IMG/VR virus record: IMGVR_UViG_3300028840_001395
Location: 310,001-374,000 of that record
DNA: 64,000 bases
Reading direction: 5' to 3' (one strand)
Made by a program: the position numbers and the translations under genes. The notes under the pieces are model-generated. The model had not been told where the DNA came from, ran no database searches, and saw only the letters and a list, made by a program, of their open reading frames with translations. Within the stretch, counting starts at the first letter, position 1; every line of letters starts with the position of its first letter. Positions 56,501 through 64,000 of this stretch are shown here, one piece after another.

Positions 56501-59322
56501 CCACCCTCCGAGACGTACAGACCCCCACCAATCTCGGGCGCACCCAGCATGGACTCTGGCACCACCACCGACTGTTCGAGGTTGATGCTCGCCGCCGGGG
56601 CCTGGAGAGACTCCGAGATGGCGTTGCTCACCACCCAGTCGAACTTGGACTGGCCGAAGCGGTAGATGATGTCGTCGTAGTGGTCGAGATACCTCTGGAC
56701 GATGGTGACCGAGAATCCATCATCCACCGTGGTTGAGAGGCTGAAGAAGATGTTCTCATCGAACCCAGCCACGTCCTGCAACGGCGGGTTGTCGAGGAAC
56801 TGGAACGGGTTGGCCGACACCGCCTCCTGAAGGATCTCCTCGTCCAGCCGGTTGGTGTCCTTGAAGTCCGGGATCGCCCGAGTGCGATCCAGGTTGAGAG
56901 GGCTTCGGAACAGCCCCAGGGACGTTCCACTGTCCGGCAGCCAGTTGGTGAGCCCCCCTCGCGCCTTCCAGCCCGGCATGAAGCCCAGCACGGCTGCCCC
57001 GGAGAGATCCTTCTCCCCTCCCTCTCCCCAGCCGATCTCGACGTTGCCAGTGGCCTCATTGGTGGCTCCCAGAACCACACGACCGTTCATCTCGTAGGCT
57101 GTGCCAGTGATGAGTCCCGTGCCGGGGCCAGGGAGCTGCTCCGAGTCATTGGTGATGCTCTCGGCCACCTCGGTGGCCGTATAGAAGTCAGACCCCGTGA
57201 GGTTGGAGGACTCCCACTTGTAGAGCTGACCGTCGATGGCGAAGTAGAGGATCTCTTCTCCGTCGAAGCGGAACACGTCCCGCGTCTTGGAGAACAACCG
57301 GGCCGTGAGCGTATGAACCGCCGGAGTGAACGAGGACTGAAGGAAGTACACCTTGTCCCCAGACCAGGAACGCAAGTCCGACCGGCTCAAGGACACCCGC
57401 GACGGATAGATGGTGACTGGCCCCGGAAGCGTGAGAGGGGTGTCCTCCTGGGCGATGTAGGCCCGGCCTCGCCGTACCTTGTAGCTCGGGAAAGGCAGGT
57501 CGCTGTTTCGGGGCTCATCATAGACCGTATCGGTCGAGCGTGTCCGCCCGAACACGATGATGTCACCCACGCCATCAGAGATCTGGCGGAGCCGCCCTGT
57601 GGTCACATCACTTTCGTCATCCCCACCAGGTCGAACACTGCCTGGCACTCCAGGCTGGGCCGGGAGGGCTCCTGTGCCATCTGGCGCGTCGATGACGCCA
57701 GAACGGCCCAGTCCTCGGTAGAGGTCGGTGCCCGAGTAGTCATCTGGCAGCGTGACCGCCTCGGGCAAATAGAACGCATCCGAAGTCCCGGCGATGGCGT
57801 CATCACCATCTTCATCGATCAGGGCGACCGGAGCCTTCGTGGGCTGGGGCACCTGATTGAGAGCCGTCCCGTCATAGACGAGATCCTCGCCCAAGAAGTA
57901 CTTGTCGAAGGACGTGATGTTCGTCGGGTCGGCCTTGGCAATGTCCTCTGGGCTGAGCTTCACCCGACCCGTAGAGAGCGCCACGATGGCCTGCCCCGTG
58001 GACGGGTTGGGGAGGGCCGCCAGTTCGGCCTCCGTGTCGGTCATGGTGATGCTCAGATACTTCCGGCTCCCCAGTCGGAGGAGAGGGGTGTCGGTCGGCC
58101 CAGGGACAGGGGCGATGAACAGCGGGCGGATATCAGCCCCGTTGAGCTTCCCGACGATTCCGTCCTCTTCCTCGGAGAAGCTCTTGTAGACGAACCAGAC
58201 CGTCTTGCCTGCATGGAGCTGAACGTAGGACGGGTTGAACTCCAGCTTGCCCGTGGTCTGGCCCATGACACCGGCCAGACCTGGGTCGGTGCTGAAGTCG
58301 AATCCATCCTCGACCTGACTGTCCGACTTGACCTGGATGCCGGTATAGCCGTCCGGGTCTCCTGTACCGACCGGGGTGCTCGATGCTCCGGGATTCGGAC
58401 CCAACCTGATCATTGCATAGGCGTCCGGGTCATTTCCGTCACCCGGCAGGAACGCATTGACCGGCAGGTTGGTGATCTTCGGGGACATCTGGTAGCTCTC
58501 GTCAAAGAGCAGAATCCCGAGATCCTTTGGTGCCGACCCCTTGATGGGAGCCCACCGCTGCTGCTGGCCGTTCCAGGCGAAGCGGGTCTCGTAACGGTCG
58601 TTCCTCGTCCAGTAGAACCTGACCGGCGACAGGGTGTAGGTCACGCTGATGATCTGGTCACCTCGTTCGGCGGACAGACCCCCACCCAGTTCATCGAGGA
58701 TCTGCTGACCGTCCCAGGGCGGGAGGGCCTCCAGAGTATCCCGAGTCAACCTGACGATCCCTGCCTGAGTGTCCTGGTCTTGCTCGGTCAGAACCACCGT
58801 GATGTAGGGGCGGAAGCCGTTGCGGCCCTGTGTCGGGTCTTCGGAGTCACGCCACCCGAGATCGAAGTAACGCACGTCGCCACGGGCGATGACGATGGTG
58901 GTGATGATTCCGATACTCCGGCCACCATTATCAGTGACCACCGCCCGGTCGGTCCCATCCTCATAGGGATTGGGTTCATCGTCGTCGGGATCCGCGTTCT
59001 CCACTTCGAGGGTGCCGTTGGGGATAGACCCGGAACCTTCCTCCACCCACCAGTCGGGGTTGTCCACCATCGCCAGGCTGCCAGTATTCTGCGCCCAGAC
59101 GAGATACTCGGCAGCGGTTGTTCCGGGGGCATCCAGGACGGAAGCCCTGTACTGGTCAGCGTAGGCATCCACGAACGCGGGCGCGTCGGCCTGGCTGTCA
59201 TATTCGGAAGGCACCGGCTTGGGGCATCGGGTGACCCCCGTGGTCGGTTCCGCCGTGGACTGGGCGTTGGCCGGAGAGACCCTCGGCCCGCGCAGTACGT
59301 ATCCCTCGAACTTGTCAGCCAT
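47527..59322 (-). CDS. Giant virion baseplate/tail-associated protein (3931 aa)
   Basis: An 11.8-kb uninterrupted ORF with acidic, beta-rich composition and TAATG coupling, lying between the spike and the gp25-like gene. Confidence 0.8.
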   Translation of the reverse strand: MADKFEGYVLRGPRVSPANAQSTAEPTTGVTRCPKPVPSEYDSQADAPAFVDAYADQYRASVLDAPGTTAAEYLVWAQNTGSLAMVDNPDWWVEEGSGSIPNGTLEVENADPDDDEPNPYEDGTDRAVVTDNGGRSIGIITTIVIARGDVRYFDLGWRDSEDPTQGRNGFRPYITVVLTEQDQDTQAGIVRLTRDTLEALPPWDGQQILDELGGGLSAERGDQIISVTYTLSPVRFYWTRNDRYETRFAWNGQQQRWAPIKGSAPKDLGILLFDESYQMSPKITNLPVNAFLPGDGNDPDAYAMIRLGPNPGASSTPVGTGDPDGYTGIQVKSDSQVEDGFDFSTDPGLAGVMGQTTGKLEFNPSYVQLHAGKTVWFVYKSFSEEEDGIVGKLNGADIRPLFIAPVPGPTDTPLLRLGSRKYLSITMTDTEAELAALPNPSTGQAIVALSTGRVKLSPEDIAKADPTNITSFDKYFLGEDLVYDGTALNQVPQPTKAPVALIDEDGDDAIAGTSDAFYLPEAVTLPDDYSGTDLYRGLGRSGVIDAPDGTGALPAQPGVPGSVRPGGDDESDVTTGRLRQISDGVGDIIVFGRTRSTDTVYDEPRNSDLPFPSYKVRRGRAYIAQEDTPLTLPGPVTIYPSRVSLSRSDLRSWSGDKVYFLQSSFTPAVHTLTARLFSKTRDVFRFDGEEILYFAIDGQLYKWESSNLTGSDFYTATEVAESITNDSEQLPGPGTGLITGTAYEMNGRVVLGATNEATGNVEIGWGEGGEKDLSGAAVLGFMPGWKARGGLTNWLPDSGTSLGLFRSPLNLDRTRAIPDFKDTNRLDEEILQEAVSANPFQFLDNPPLQDVAGFDENIFFSLSTTVDDGFSVTIVQRYLDHYDDIIYRFGQSKFDWVVSNAISESLQAPAASINLEQSVVVPESMLGAPEIGGGLYVSEGGGSAEFQTQDTDYLLPENGIPGIAVLVEKLGSVVSSGARGVITEGSDTFSDDSTDTDFTQAEPGYRLKVLSGGEPVAGSYVVQEVVDAQNIRISPTPTGTPERLVTWELYEGVTEDVYDPSIVADMSYKTFNHLQSEPFEVFLLSPVGTVPESSTAQENSRLFAYMEKALASNRPIGIRFGLVAATAANTASMIALTQTELGTLANNALDVPETDSQRFTTGSFSIKIGTTVFENDGVLLKGVTTFSSNPGGGDGIEYLTQEATIDGVVNPIGRLKFGSNLLVNYESSVVHYAQAFQPPADLAALTVEYDPTNGRLNFSATEISTFGGSTTAYFVERMITEEREDVAINPLLGSFAFNQPVSENSTVEVSYWAADLEGRKVGDQITEFLPVYIQDEEAVRDEDAVSPSVFYFNVDPRRTIDQRIEPLVYIGAVMQNYNALDYILDYPDYLNGQGRLSFTREIPDHVTVQVSYAVLEAIGGERAYDASTKPLYRPPFFIEAGQSRFGLRGDRADEFQPGQILRVDNETFYIESTKYYPQNDEGTGDVTAVNIFPSTVTEVGSRSPGNDSISAVSNLPITSVIDPDGSSPIPTSAAAGLMSAIDLTDFPFEPINRGQMEVIFLGNLLAFAQPGHIIEVGGEPHTIGQAELTDDGTRTKITVTNQFKTGYSVEEATTIKLTYRPIYAPQSFEFNGVGPLVIDEPYELILYGETDTAGNELPGRTLIEGVEYTLDPDTGAITLLEPLQEPLEPTQKLVFTFTRLRVLQPFWDGGTVSFPRYAASYLYNIAPSDDNGFLNAQLTGTFTFRNPDSFYYRAVSMPEFLVEAAQDAIEDIRSQEPAGGAILTSGPGQENWEQGRIGLKSERSALEDQDRAARAFLDFYNSSIVSFEQINETISGGFIGDRDGKFRFWVGRGKDYPTPGYEDDISGDLTRRNIWSEVFNQADPGAELFYLTTDWIVRPGSQDLDGGVVEGSFPNPDRVGRLLEQQRPLIKNDVDDMVMTSLARPKLFFKLRYPFFYYKVKGRFRTLYQRSRFSRIFPTETRAFFMSYPGVGGNQETEDPDAWSAGRYTYGAIFFGDKKRTTGKTIGQLWNPALGDIDRRVSNVKLSRRRARARIWGYFPNGIPDFSFQGGTEPGGADPSITEPCLIAVPALLRDIPIDPGTGFPDDSQLISQGFGLSNSEAWLPDAVAGDPELVVPGFERGDEVSLGKPDGTTYDAFWNRKILANPFDPTWTFLGLQVYDISYGCVIRFQSPQGLGVVPPKAPITNPNDILVGTGTDVGIPFADFPVETHDTIFAGPPLKSLDAPIAGGTSNAATQDDIIELAQGLDDYRTGYDVRVTGSGRVVDKTWPSFYDPSLFGIKEIFGQHPPDPLSYLEADVRFYYDGLNPFQFPALRGEVVDDSGDYQIPYIKAANTELDRFDEAMIGISPVMTEVDDLGGYIYPDEILGTDGAVLGPAQPPGFATPASLLTDEDAEPRLHGITEPGIGDIKRYDLLLIQAAEASASKFEVSGGPATTVGPMGIQSIGEIDTLTPPPAGSKFEPPRFITQTTPPPPGGVPVTPSPVSYIFTNAMSYADGAPADSGPPASPGVQIIEDQANNITRLDFSSLGQFALNDGFTPVPVYGPSPGGTPTGNLNRIWSLIGPKSNNIITIKLISRLDPAILNGPLGGNPLPSVSGGVVALTIQIQGGSITLTDYQGNIYGPFALIPGFDVAFGTKWPVPVNGPPAEAVLDNKEIIIPQIGMIPWGPGPGTTAEWFLPHTVTAGPTYTMNYGFEFTFDIDTFNAATGESDTAWVDNDRLTFHEVFDLRMAQERGTVYPYSGGPPPPPYTQLQLEAGLVVTLVTMNHPSVGAIQSWVNATANGFTGVIPNPFTFKTRTVGSTPGDWQRKTDLLLDYEQGTIKAMAFEGWNNTEITTSDDVTFSAIPSDERFSGGRICRGAGGMASQYNPDIIAGPYDPLLVDNRVIISVAPTNGLLENIESGDILVVESNPGGNHLASTKAGTYVVRHVVESDNFGLHSDYRISQDSGGDAPVTLAGSESGWCPIHFPTVVDFDTATRNLTLSDPAPARGGTPVGGTTTGFLPAIAGERVYIIRSVNDLNSSDLETRRRAVIMANYTGLSLDGERLVIEGLTAVRYSDGTVTGMTPDEFKALITDKPYQVSGMMFLPVNVSGESYGLPDNNTVGWHDPSGVGSVAGFKYVTFQPALNAGTGIFWDASAGPSEIELNVAPYPVAPTPPHLGIETDNPPTPWIFENDELAPVYDYVVHTIRLDSIPTVGAAAPSPSWRNLNGFNGTQLKCILPGTSLEIRDSVPLSIGPPFAPGHYAQAGIFLEPSVPRPTLDLANSDAKVVDTSHSLPDPQPLVDEDRQVGMRDAWSYNITPGFLNQPEQVNYEVRRIRRWHEIQEEADSNLKPLRYAYEIRRGRIKNYLVTAKQGGILTANDFVMNWDDSHTPHQADPWNDGYTYTGTNLGPFNDEDVNVNAGDQLRLLDEFGDLVDEAQIESILSDREILLAAPGLTKYTVAEMTESGNPDGGMRFEIYLRRPPVPHEQSNEQLLELITDRVVHRTFPTWGDVAGELGGHVPDMEGAPTPDWGDVANRLMDDLHAPTPDQPFSALGIQPGDIVIVDPVGKIPRKSGLPSTQEQGARPIGDDGVASRPGPPPPNNIYTAGTPDDLDDNRGFYRVTSLADASNPPYLEVDPVTTFTGDVDNDVIFGTPPTDAYEYAVYPTIHDSQLRDYFGQDADEGQMDLRPTYERAANGTFSNYPTNHLQYYSIRPFGYRVIRASGLFTDETIDLVLSTRERMLSWIEMIRAVISGYKSGSYFIFQRDEHISDLGNTTNPQAGLGLLSNDYITSILGRLDVVPYINNESCLSLLDRRFWIQDWRLDFLKPDPADPTLKMVRISPGDTAYTAYTDFSTGGVVRPVLPERVDEVLDTRDRFRPIRFVWLAYRTHVKLGTLASIVRFDEELPERLEEQKRLLLLEDSIEGIGE

Positions 59323-59936
59323 TACACCACCTGCGAACTCGTCGCCCCAGCACCCGGAATAGTCGGAACAATAGGCCCACCCTGAATCGACCCCGCACCT
59401 GTCCCCTGAAGTAGCTGGCTCGCAATACCGCTCCCCAAAGCTCGGGCCATCATGGGCAGAGCAGGCCCCGACGAAGCAGGGGCCGCTGCTGCAATCGTCC
59501 CCATCAGGATCTTGGTCAATGTCCCACCATTGGCTGTCGTGATCTTGGACACGTCAGCCCCCACCGCTACGCTGGCGGACGGCCCCGTGTAGTTCCCTGA
59601 CCCGCTGAAGGCCTGGGCGATAGCCACAGCCGTCACCGTCGCCAGGCTGGTTCCCAGCGGGCCATTCAATCCAGCGCCCTTGAACTCAGCCAGCACGATC
59701 CCCACGTTGGCAGGCACCGCGAGCTTGGACAGCAAGGGCACGATGGTTCCTGTACCGGCGAGACCCGAGGCTCCCCCTGTCAGTCCCAGATTGGCCTGGT
59801 TTCCCACACCCCACTGGGCCACTCCGTTGGCAATCCCGATGGCGAGCTTGTCATACTGGCTCCCCAGAAACGGGTAGGGAGCGGCTGCCCTCGCCGCCTG
59901 AAATGCCTGGAGAATGGTGCCCGCGTTCAAAGCCAT
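59322..59936 (-). CDS. Gly/Ala-rich protein next to the spike (204 aa)
   Basis: Internal repeats LAIGIANGV / LATVTAVAIA / MARALGSGIA. It occupies the position directly after the spike gene. Confidence 0.7.
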   Translation of the reverse strand: MALNAGTILQAFQAARAAAPYPFLGSQYDKLAIGIANGVAQWGVGNQANLGLTGGASGLAGTGTIVPLLSKLAVPANVGIVLAEFKGAGLNGPLGTSLATVTAVAIAQAFSGSGNYTGPSASVAVGADVSKITTANGGTLTKILMGTIAAAAPASSGPALPMMARALGSGIASQLLQGTGAGSIQGGPIVPTIPGAGATSSQVV

Positions 59937-59949
59937 CAGAACATCATAC

Positions 59950-62388
59950 CTAGCCAGTGGTCACGATGTGGTTCTTCGCACCCAACCCCCAAGTGGAAAA
60001 GGGCAGGTTCGTGAACGGCTCCAGAGTGCCTGCACAGATGATTGGCCCCTGATCAGGCCCCGTCACGGGAGCCGAAAGGACGATCTGCTGGGTGCTGCGG
60101 AGCTTGACGGCCCCGGCCAAAGAGGTCACCGTAACCCCCGTGAAGCCCTTCATCTCGACAGAGCCCGTGGTGGCCGAGAGGGTCATGTTCCCAACCTGTG
60201 CCTTCTGCTCGATGCCCTCCCCGTCCATCTTCAGGGAGGAAGTCATTGCACTGGCCTTCCACTCGCCCAGTGCAATGCGATGTTCCAGGTCACCAGCCAA
60301 GATGGTCGTCTTGTGGTTGCCGATGACGAACTTCTCTTCGCGGTCGCCCTGGTTGTAGGTGACCTTCTCGCATACGGTATCAGGCAACGTCGGCGTGTAT
60401 GTCCGCTCATGGAGAGGGCCGTTGGTCGGCATGTTGGTCTTGGGGCCAGACCAGGTTTCCTGCGACTTGCCGCTGACGTTGCTCTGGAAGCTCTCGGTGG
60501 TGACCGACACCTTCTTGACGCCGTTGATCTCCACGTCCTGGTGACCCTGGAGCTTGACCGAACTACCGTTCAACTCGACGTTATTGCCCTTCACCAAGAT
60601 CTTCTTCTCGGCTCGGATGCGGGTGTTCGTCCGAGACTGGATATCCACCGCCGGAAGATCGCCCTCTCCTCCATCAGTCCCGGTCATCCGGGATACCGTG
60701 GTCTCGCTGCTCTTGATCGGCCCACCACCGTAGATGACGACCGGCCCGGACTCGGCTCGCAGATCGAGACTCTCCTTCCCCTTGGTCTCCAGACCGACAT
60801 GCCCGTTGAAGCTGAGGTTGAACTCCCCCGCCACACCGAGCTTCAGGCCACCTCGCAGGTAGGCCTCGACCGAGTTCTCCTTGGGGTCTCCCCCGATGGC
60901 TGCCTTGAGCTGACCGGCCTTGTTGACCCCCCAGAATGTCGGAGGGCCTCCTGTCGGCGGTGAGAGCCGGAACAGTGACGCCAACTGATACTTGAGCGGG
61001 GTCGGCGTCAACGGGGCGTTCTCGGTGACGAGCTTCGCCGCCGTCAATCGGGGATTGCCCTGATCCCCATCAAAGATTTCCGCTACCAGCGGAAGGCCAT
61101 ACTGTTGACGGCCCTGCTGGGTGAATGCGTCGTTGCCCACGACGGAGCCCATGACGAACTCCATGAACGGCCAGTTGGGTGGGAGATCCACCGAACTCCC
61201 TGTCTCGGGATCCGTCGTGGGGAGCCTCTCGGCGTCGAACAGGTCCGTCTGTTCACTCACAGGGAGTCGCCCATCCGACGTGTGGGCCACCTCGATACGA
61301 TGCTCGGTCAGCGTCGGGGCGTCCGGCAACTTGGCGGCGTTGTCACTCCTCTGGGCAGCCACCCGGAAGATGGGCTTCCCGCCGTAGGTGACATCAGACT
61401 CCCAGCGGTTGTCCACGACGAATCCGGCGTCGGTGATGAAGCCGCCATGTCGGAGGAACACGTAGGGGTCGATGTTCTCCCCCATCGGGATGACGCTACG
61501 GCCCAGATAGCCCTCATCTGACGTGCCCTTGCTCTTCTTCCGCAGGATACGGGCGGGGGTGAGGAAATCCTTGGGGGCTGTGGAGTCAACCGGCAGTTGG
61601 GTCTCATCGAGGGGCTTCCCCTGCATGGACTGGATAGGGCCATCCCACTCGTAGCCGTCCGACACCATCATCGGGTTGAGGAACGTCGCGTCCCGCTGCA
61701 CCATGCCCGCGTAGGTGCGTGCCCCGGAGAGGGCCTGGAAGCTCTGACACGCCCGGAGCACGGCGGCCTGATCCTGGTCGCGGAGCCGGAACTCGTTTCC
61801 TCGACGGTTCGCCAGGGTCACCCCCTCGTCCAGCACCATGTCAGAGCCCTGGGAGGACGATGCGACGATGTTGCCCGGCTGGATGTGCCGGAGCTTGAAA
61901 CGTGTCCGATCATGGACGCCCTTGACGAACTCCTGGTCGGTCGGGGAGTCGAGGTCGTATTCGTCCACCTCGAAGTCCGCACCTGTGACCCACTCACGAC
62001 CCATCCAGGGGCCAGGGACGGCCCAGGCCAGGATGACCGGAACCTTGGTTCCTCCGTGGGGGGAGGCGGTCTCCTGGGGCATCCAGCCGACGATGCAGTA
62101 GTCCCCGACCTCGGGCATGGCTCCGAAGAAGTGGCGCTTTCCGGCTCCGGGCACCGTGAGTGGAATCGGAACGCGGTCATGGGTCTCCGCAACACCCGTG
62201 AGGGTACGGAGGGTCACCATGAAGTCCTCGTAGTCGATGACCATGACCTTGGCGACACCCAGACCGTAGTTACGATCTGGCCCCATCTGACTCAAGTCCA
62301 TCTCGGCCTTGAGTGTGGACTGACGGATCTGTCCCCGATTTACTTGTCTGAGCGCCGAAAACGGAGGGAGTCCGCCCCTTTTAGCCAT
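59950..62388 (-). CDS. Baseplate central spike, gp5/VgrG/gpV-like
   Basis: N-terminal OB-fold signature AMPEVGDYCIVGW and C-terminal roughly 8-residue beta-strand repeats. Confidence 0.8.
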   Translation of the reverse strand: MAKRGGLPPFSALRQVNRGQIRQSTLKAEMDLSQMGPDRNYGLGVAKVMVIDYEDFMVTLRTLTGVAETHDRVPIPLTVPGAGKRHFFGAMPEVGDYCIVGWMPQETASPHGGTKVPVILAWAVPGPWMGREWVTGADFEVDEYDLDSPTDQEFVKGVHDRTRFKLRHIQPGNIVASSSQGSDMVLDEGVTLANRRGNEFRLRDQDQAAVLRACQSFQALSGARTYAGMVQRDATFLNPMMVSDGYEWDGPIQSMQGKPLDETQLPVDSTAPKDFLTPARILRKKSKGTSDEGYLGRSVIPMGENIDPYVFLRHGGFITDAGFVVDNRWESDVTYGGKPIFRVAAQRSDNAAKLPDAPTLTEHRIEVAHTSDGRLPVSEQTDLFDAERLPTTDPETGSSVDLPPNWPFMEFVMGSVVGNDAFTQQGRQQYGLPLVAEIFDGDQGNPRLTAAKLVTENAPLTPTPLKYQLASLFRLSPPTGGPPTFWGVNKAGQLKAAIGGDPKENSVEAYLRGGLKLGVAGEFNLSFNGHVGLETKGKESLDLRAESGPVVIYGGGPIKSSETTVSRMTGTDGGEGDLPAVDIQSRTNTRIRAEKKILVKGNNVELNGSSVKLQGHQDVEINGVKKVSVTTESFQSNVSGKSQETWSGPKTNMPTNGPLHERTYTPTLPDTVCEKVTYNQGDREEKFVIGNHKTTILAGDLEHRIALGEWKASAMTSSLKMDGEGIEQKAQVGNMTLSATTGSVEMKGFTGVTVTSLAGAVKLRSTQQIVLSAPVTGPDQGPIICAGTLEPFTNLPFSTWGLGAKNHIVTTG

Positions 62389-63998
62389 CAGAGTTCTCCG
62401 TCATCTACGACTTCCACGTCGTTCCTGATTCGCCGGGCCTCCTCCTCAATGGACTCAGCCTGGGCGGTCAATGCCCTTGTCTGTTCCGAGATTCTGTCCA
62501 CCTGGTCACGGAAAGCCTCTCCCGTCGAGAGGATGGTCGAGACAATCGTGCTCTTTCTCGTGTCAGGCACCGTCCCCCGCAGCGCATCCTGGCTGACCTT
62601 CCAGGCCCCAGACTGTCGCGCCACCTCGGCCATGAGCCACTGAGTCGGACGATCTTCCTCACCCGTCCCCGCCGTGTCCGCCGTCTGGTTGGCCGGAGCG
62701 GCGAAGTCAAGGAAGTTGTCCTGCCCAGCGGCGTCTAGCATCACCTCGGCCTCGGCCATCTTGCAGGAGCAGATGCGCTTGCTCGTGTGCAAGGTCATGT
62801 CGGCCAGCGAATAGGCCGCGTTGTTGATGGGCAGCTTCTGGACACCCTCCTTGCCCTTCTCCGAGAACCAGTTCATGAAGTTGATCTCAAGCATGTTCGG
62901 GTCACTGGTCTTCTCCGCCAGGCCCAGGTCGAGAAGCTGCTTGTCTGTGTATTCCCTCCGGAGAGCTGCGATGACCTGACGGGACGCCTCATCGTAGGCA
63001 TCCTGGCCTTCCAGCAACTCCTTGCGAGTCACCGGGTTGCCGTTCTTGTCCGTCTTGACGCTGCCGTCTGGATTCTCGACAGGGACATCGGCGTAGAGGC
63101 CCTCCTTCTTCACGATGACTCGCAGGATGAGATCCATCTGGTGTTTGTCGAGGATATCCAGCGGGGACTGGTTGTGCAGGGCATCGAACACCCCGTTGGG
63201 ATCGATGTCCACGTCACGCCCGTAGCGATACGACCCGAAGACTTCGTATCCACGGGCATCCGACACGGGGAACACAGGCGTCTGGAGCCTGAACGGACGC
63301 TTGGCCTCCGTGCTCTGTTTCGCCTTCTCCACGGTAGGCATCGAAGCATCGTAGTGCCCACCGAGGGATTGCTCGAACAAGCCGAGCCGATACTTGGCCT
63401 CTGTGAACGGAAGACCCATGCTCCGCATCGAGTCGAACCACTCATACTTGGCTGCCGCGATCATCACCCGATATGCCTGAGTCCCCAGTTCCACCGCCAT
63501 CCTCTCCCAGAACGCTCGGAGGGTGGTGTTCTTTGATGACCCAGGCCACGCCTCGGGGAGACCTGTGGTGGCCGAGTTCACGTCCGAGAATCTGTAGCTG
63601 GAGCCGATGGGGGTCTCGAAGTCGAATACCGTCCCGCCAACGGTCAGGCTCAATATCACCGGGAGTTGGGGGAAAACGGGAATCGAGGAGGGGTCTATCC
63701 CAGGGGTGTTCTTGGTGGCTTCTGCGGACTGGTTTACGTTGGTGTTGAAGTTCACCAGCCACGACCCGAAGATATCTTCGAGGGTCTGGCTTGTGTTCCC
63801 CTGCTGGTACTGCTGAACCTCGGTCAGTGCCGACTTCTGAAGGGCCTCTCGAAGCTGGGCCTCTCCGTCAGAAACCTCCCGGCGGCGTTGCGTACTGATG
63901 ATCCTCCGGCTGATGTCCGCCGAGTGGGTGGCGAACATCAACTCCCGGATCTCACTTGTCGGAAGGATCTCTCCATCGGCCTGCTCTGGGTTGTTGGT
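62388..63998 (-). CDS. C-terminal part of a large protein upstream of the spike, possibly the baseplate hub (5' end outside the window)
   Basis: The frame stays open beyond 63941 to the window edge (TNNPEQADGEILPTSEIREL...) and is TGATG-coupled to the spike. The hub identity is inferred from position only. Confidence 0.6.
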   Translation of the reverse strand, partial: TNNPEQADGEILPTSEIRELMFATHSADISRRIISTQRRREVSDGEAQLREALQKSALTEVQQYQQGNTSQTLEDIFGSWLVNFNTNVNQSAEATKNTPGIDPSSIPVFPQLPVILSLTVGGTVFDFETPIGSSYRFSDVNSATTGLPEAWPGSSKNTTLRAFWERMAVELGTQAYRVMIAAAKYEWFDSMRSMGLPFTEAKYRLGLFEQSLGGHYDASMPTVEKAKQSTEAKRPFRLQTPVFPVSDARGYEVFGSYRYGRDVDIDPNGVFDALHNQSPLDILDKHQMDLILRVIVKKEGLYADVPVENPDGSVKTDKNGNPVTRKELLEGQDAYDEASRQVIAALRREYTDKQLLDLGLAEKTSDPNMLEINFMNWFSEKGKEGVQKLPINNAAYSLADMTLHTSKRICSCKMAEAEVMLDAAGQDNFLDFAAPANQTADTAGTGEEDRPTQWLMAEVARQSGAWKVSQDALRGTVPDTRKSTIVSTILSTGEAFRDQVDRISEQTRALTAQAESIEEEARRIRNDVEVVDDGEL

Positions 63999-64000
63999 GA

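Noticed and set aside
42212-62388. Bacterial T6SS, eCIS or tailocin locus
   Set aside because: There are no TssJLM/ClpV or Afp15-type ATPase genes and no host genes. The neighbouring small early genes, helicase and homing-endonuclease-like gene indicate a phage.
1-64000. Stop-codon reassignment as seen in some large phages
   Set aside because: Genes are long and tightly packed under the standard code, and TAA, TAG and TGA all serve as stops at gene junctions.

Overview
The whole window looks like part of a large, GC-rich, contractile-tailed (myovirus-type, probably jumbo) phage genome in the standard genetic code. I saw no host housekeeping genes, rRNA, tRNA or CRISPR array. Bases 1-11.4 kb are an accessory/early region. 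It holds a peptidoglycan-binding protein cut by the left edge, a metallophosphoesterase, an enlarged UvrD/Rep helicase and two divergent operons of small genes. Three copies of a conserved CTTAT-N15-AGTAGTCTAGG promoter-like motif sit ahead of these small genes. The leftward operon ends in two deltaproteobacterial/myxobacterial-style envelope genes (a CsgG/FlgO-like secreted protein and a DUF1566 lipoprotein). Bases 11.4-64 kb are one minus-strand virion/lysis module. In transcription order it runs: partial hub-region protein, gp5/VgrG-like spike, about 16.5 kb of unassignable proteins (including a 3931-aa giant), gp25-like, baseplate J-like and gpI-like wedge proteins, fibre-type proteins, a degenerate homing-endonuclease-like gene, two DUF6519-like paralogs flanking a beta-helix tailspike, and a holin-like protein. 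A second motif, CGGT-N7-(C/G)TAT, sits 25-42 nt upstream of four virion/lysis-type genes and is a candidate late promoter. All family assignments come from motif recognition by eye, not database searches.
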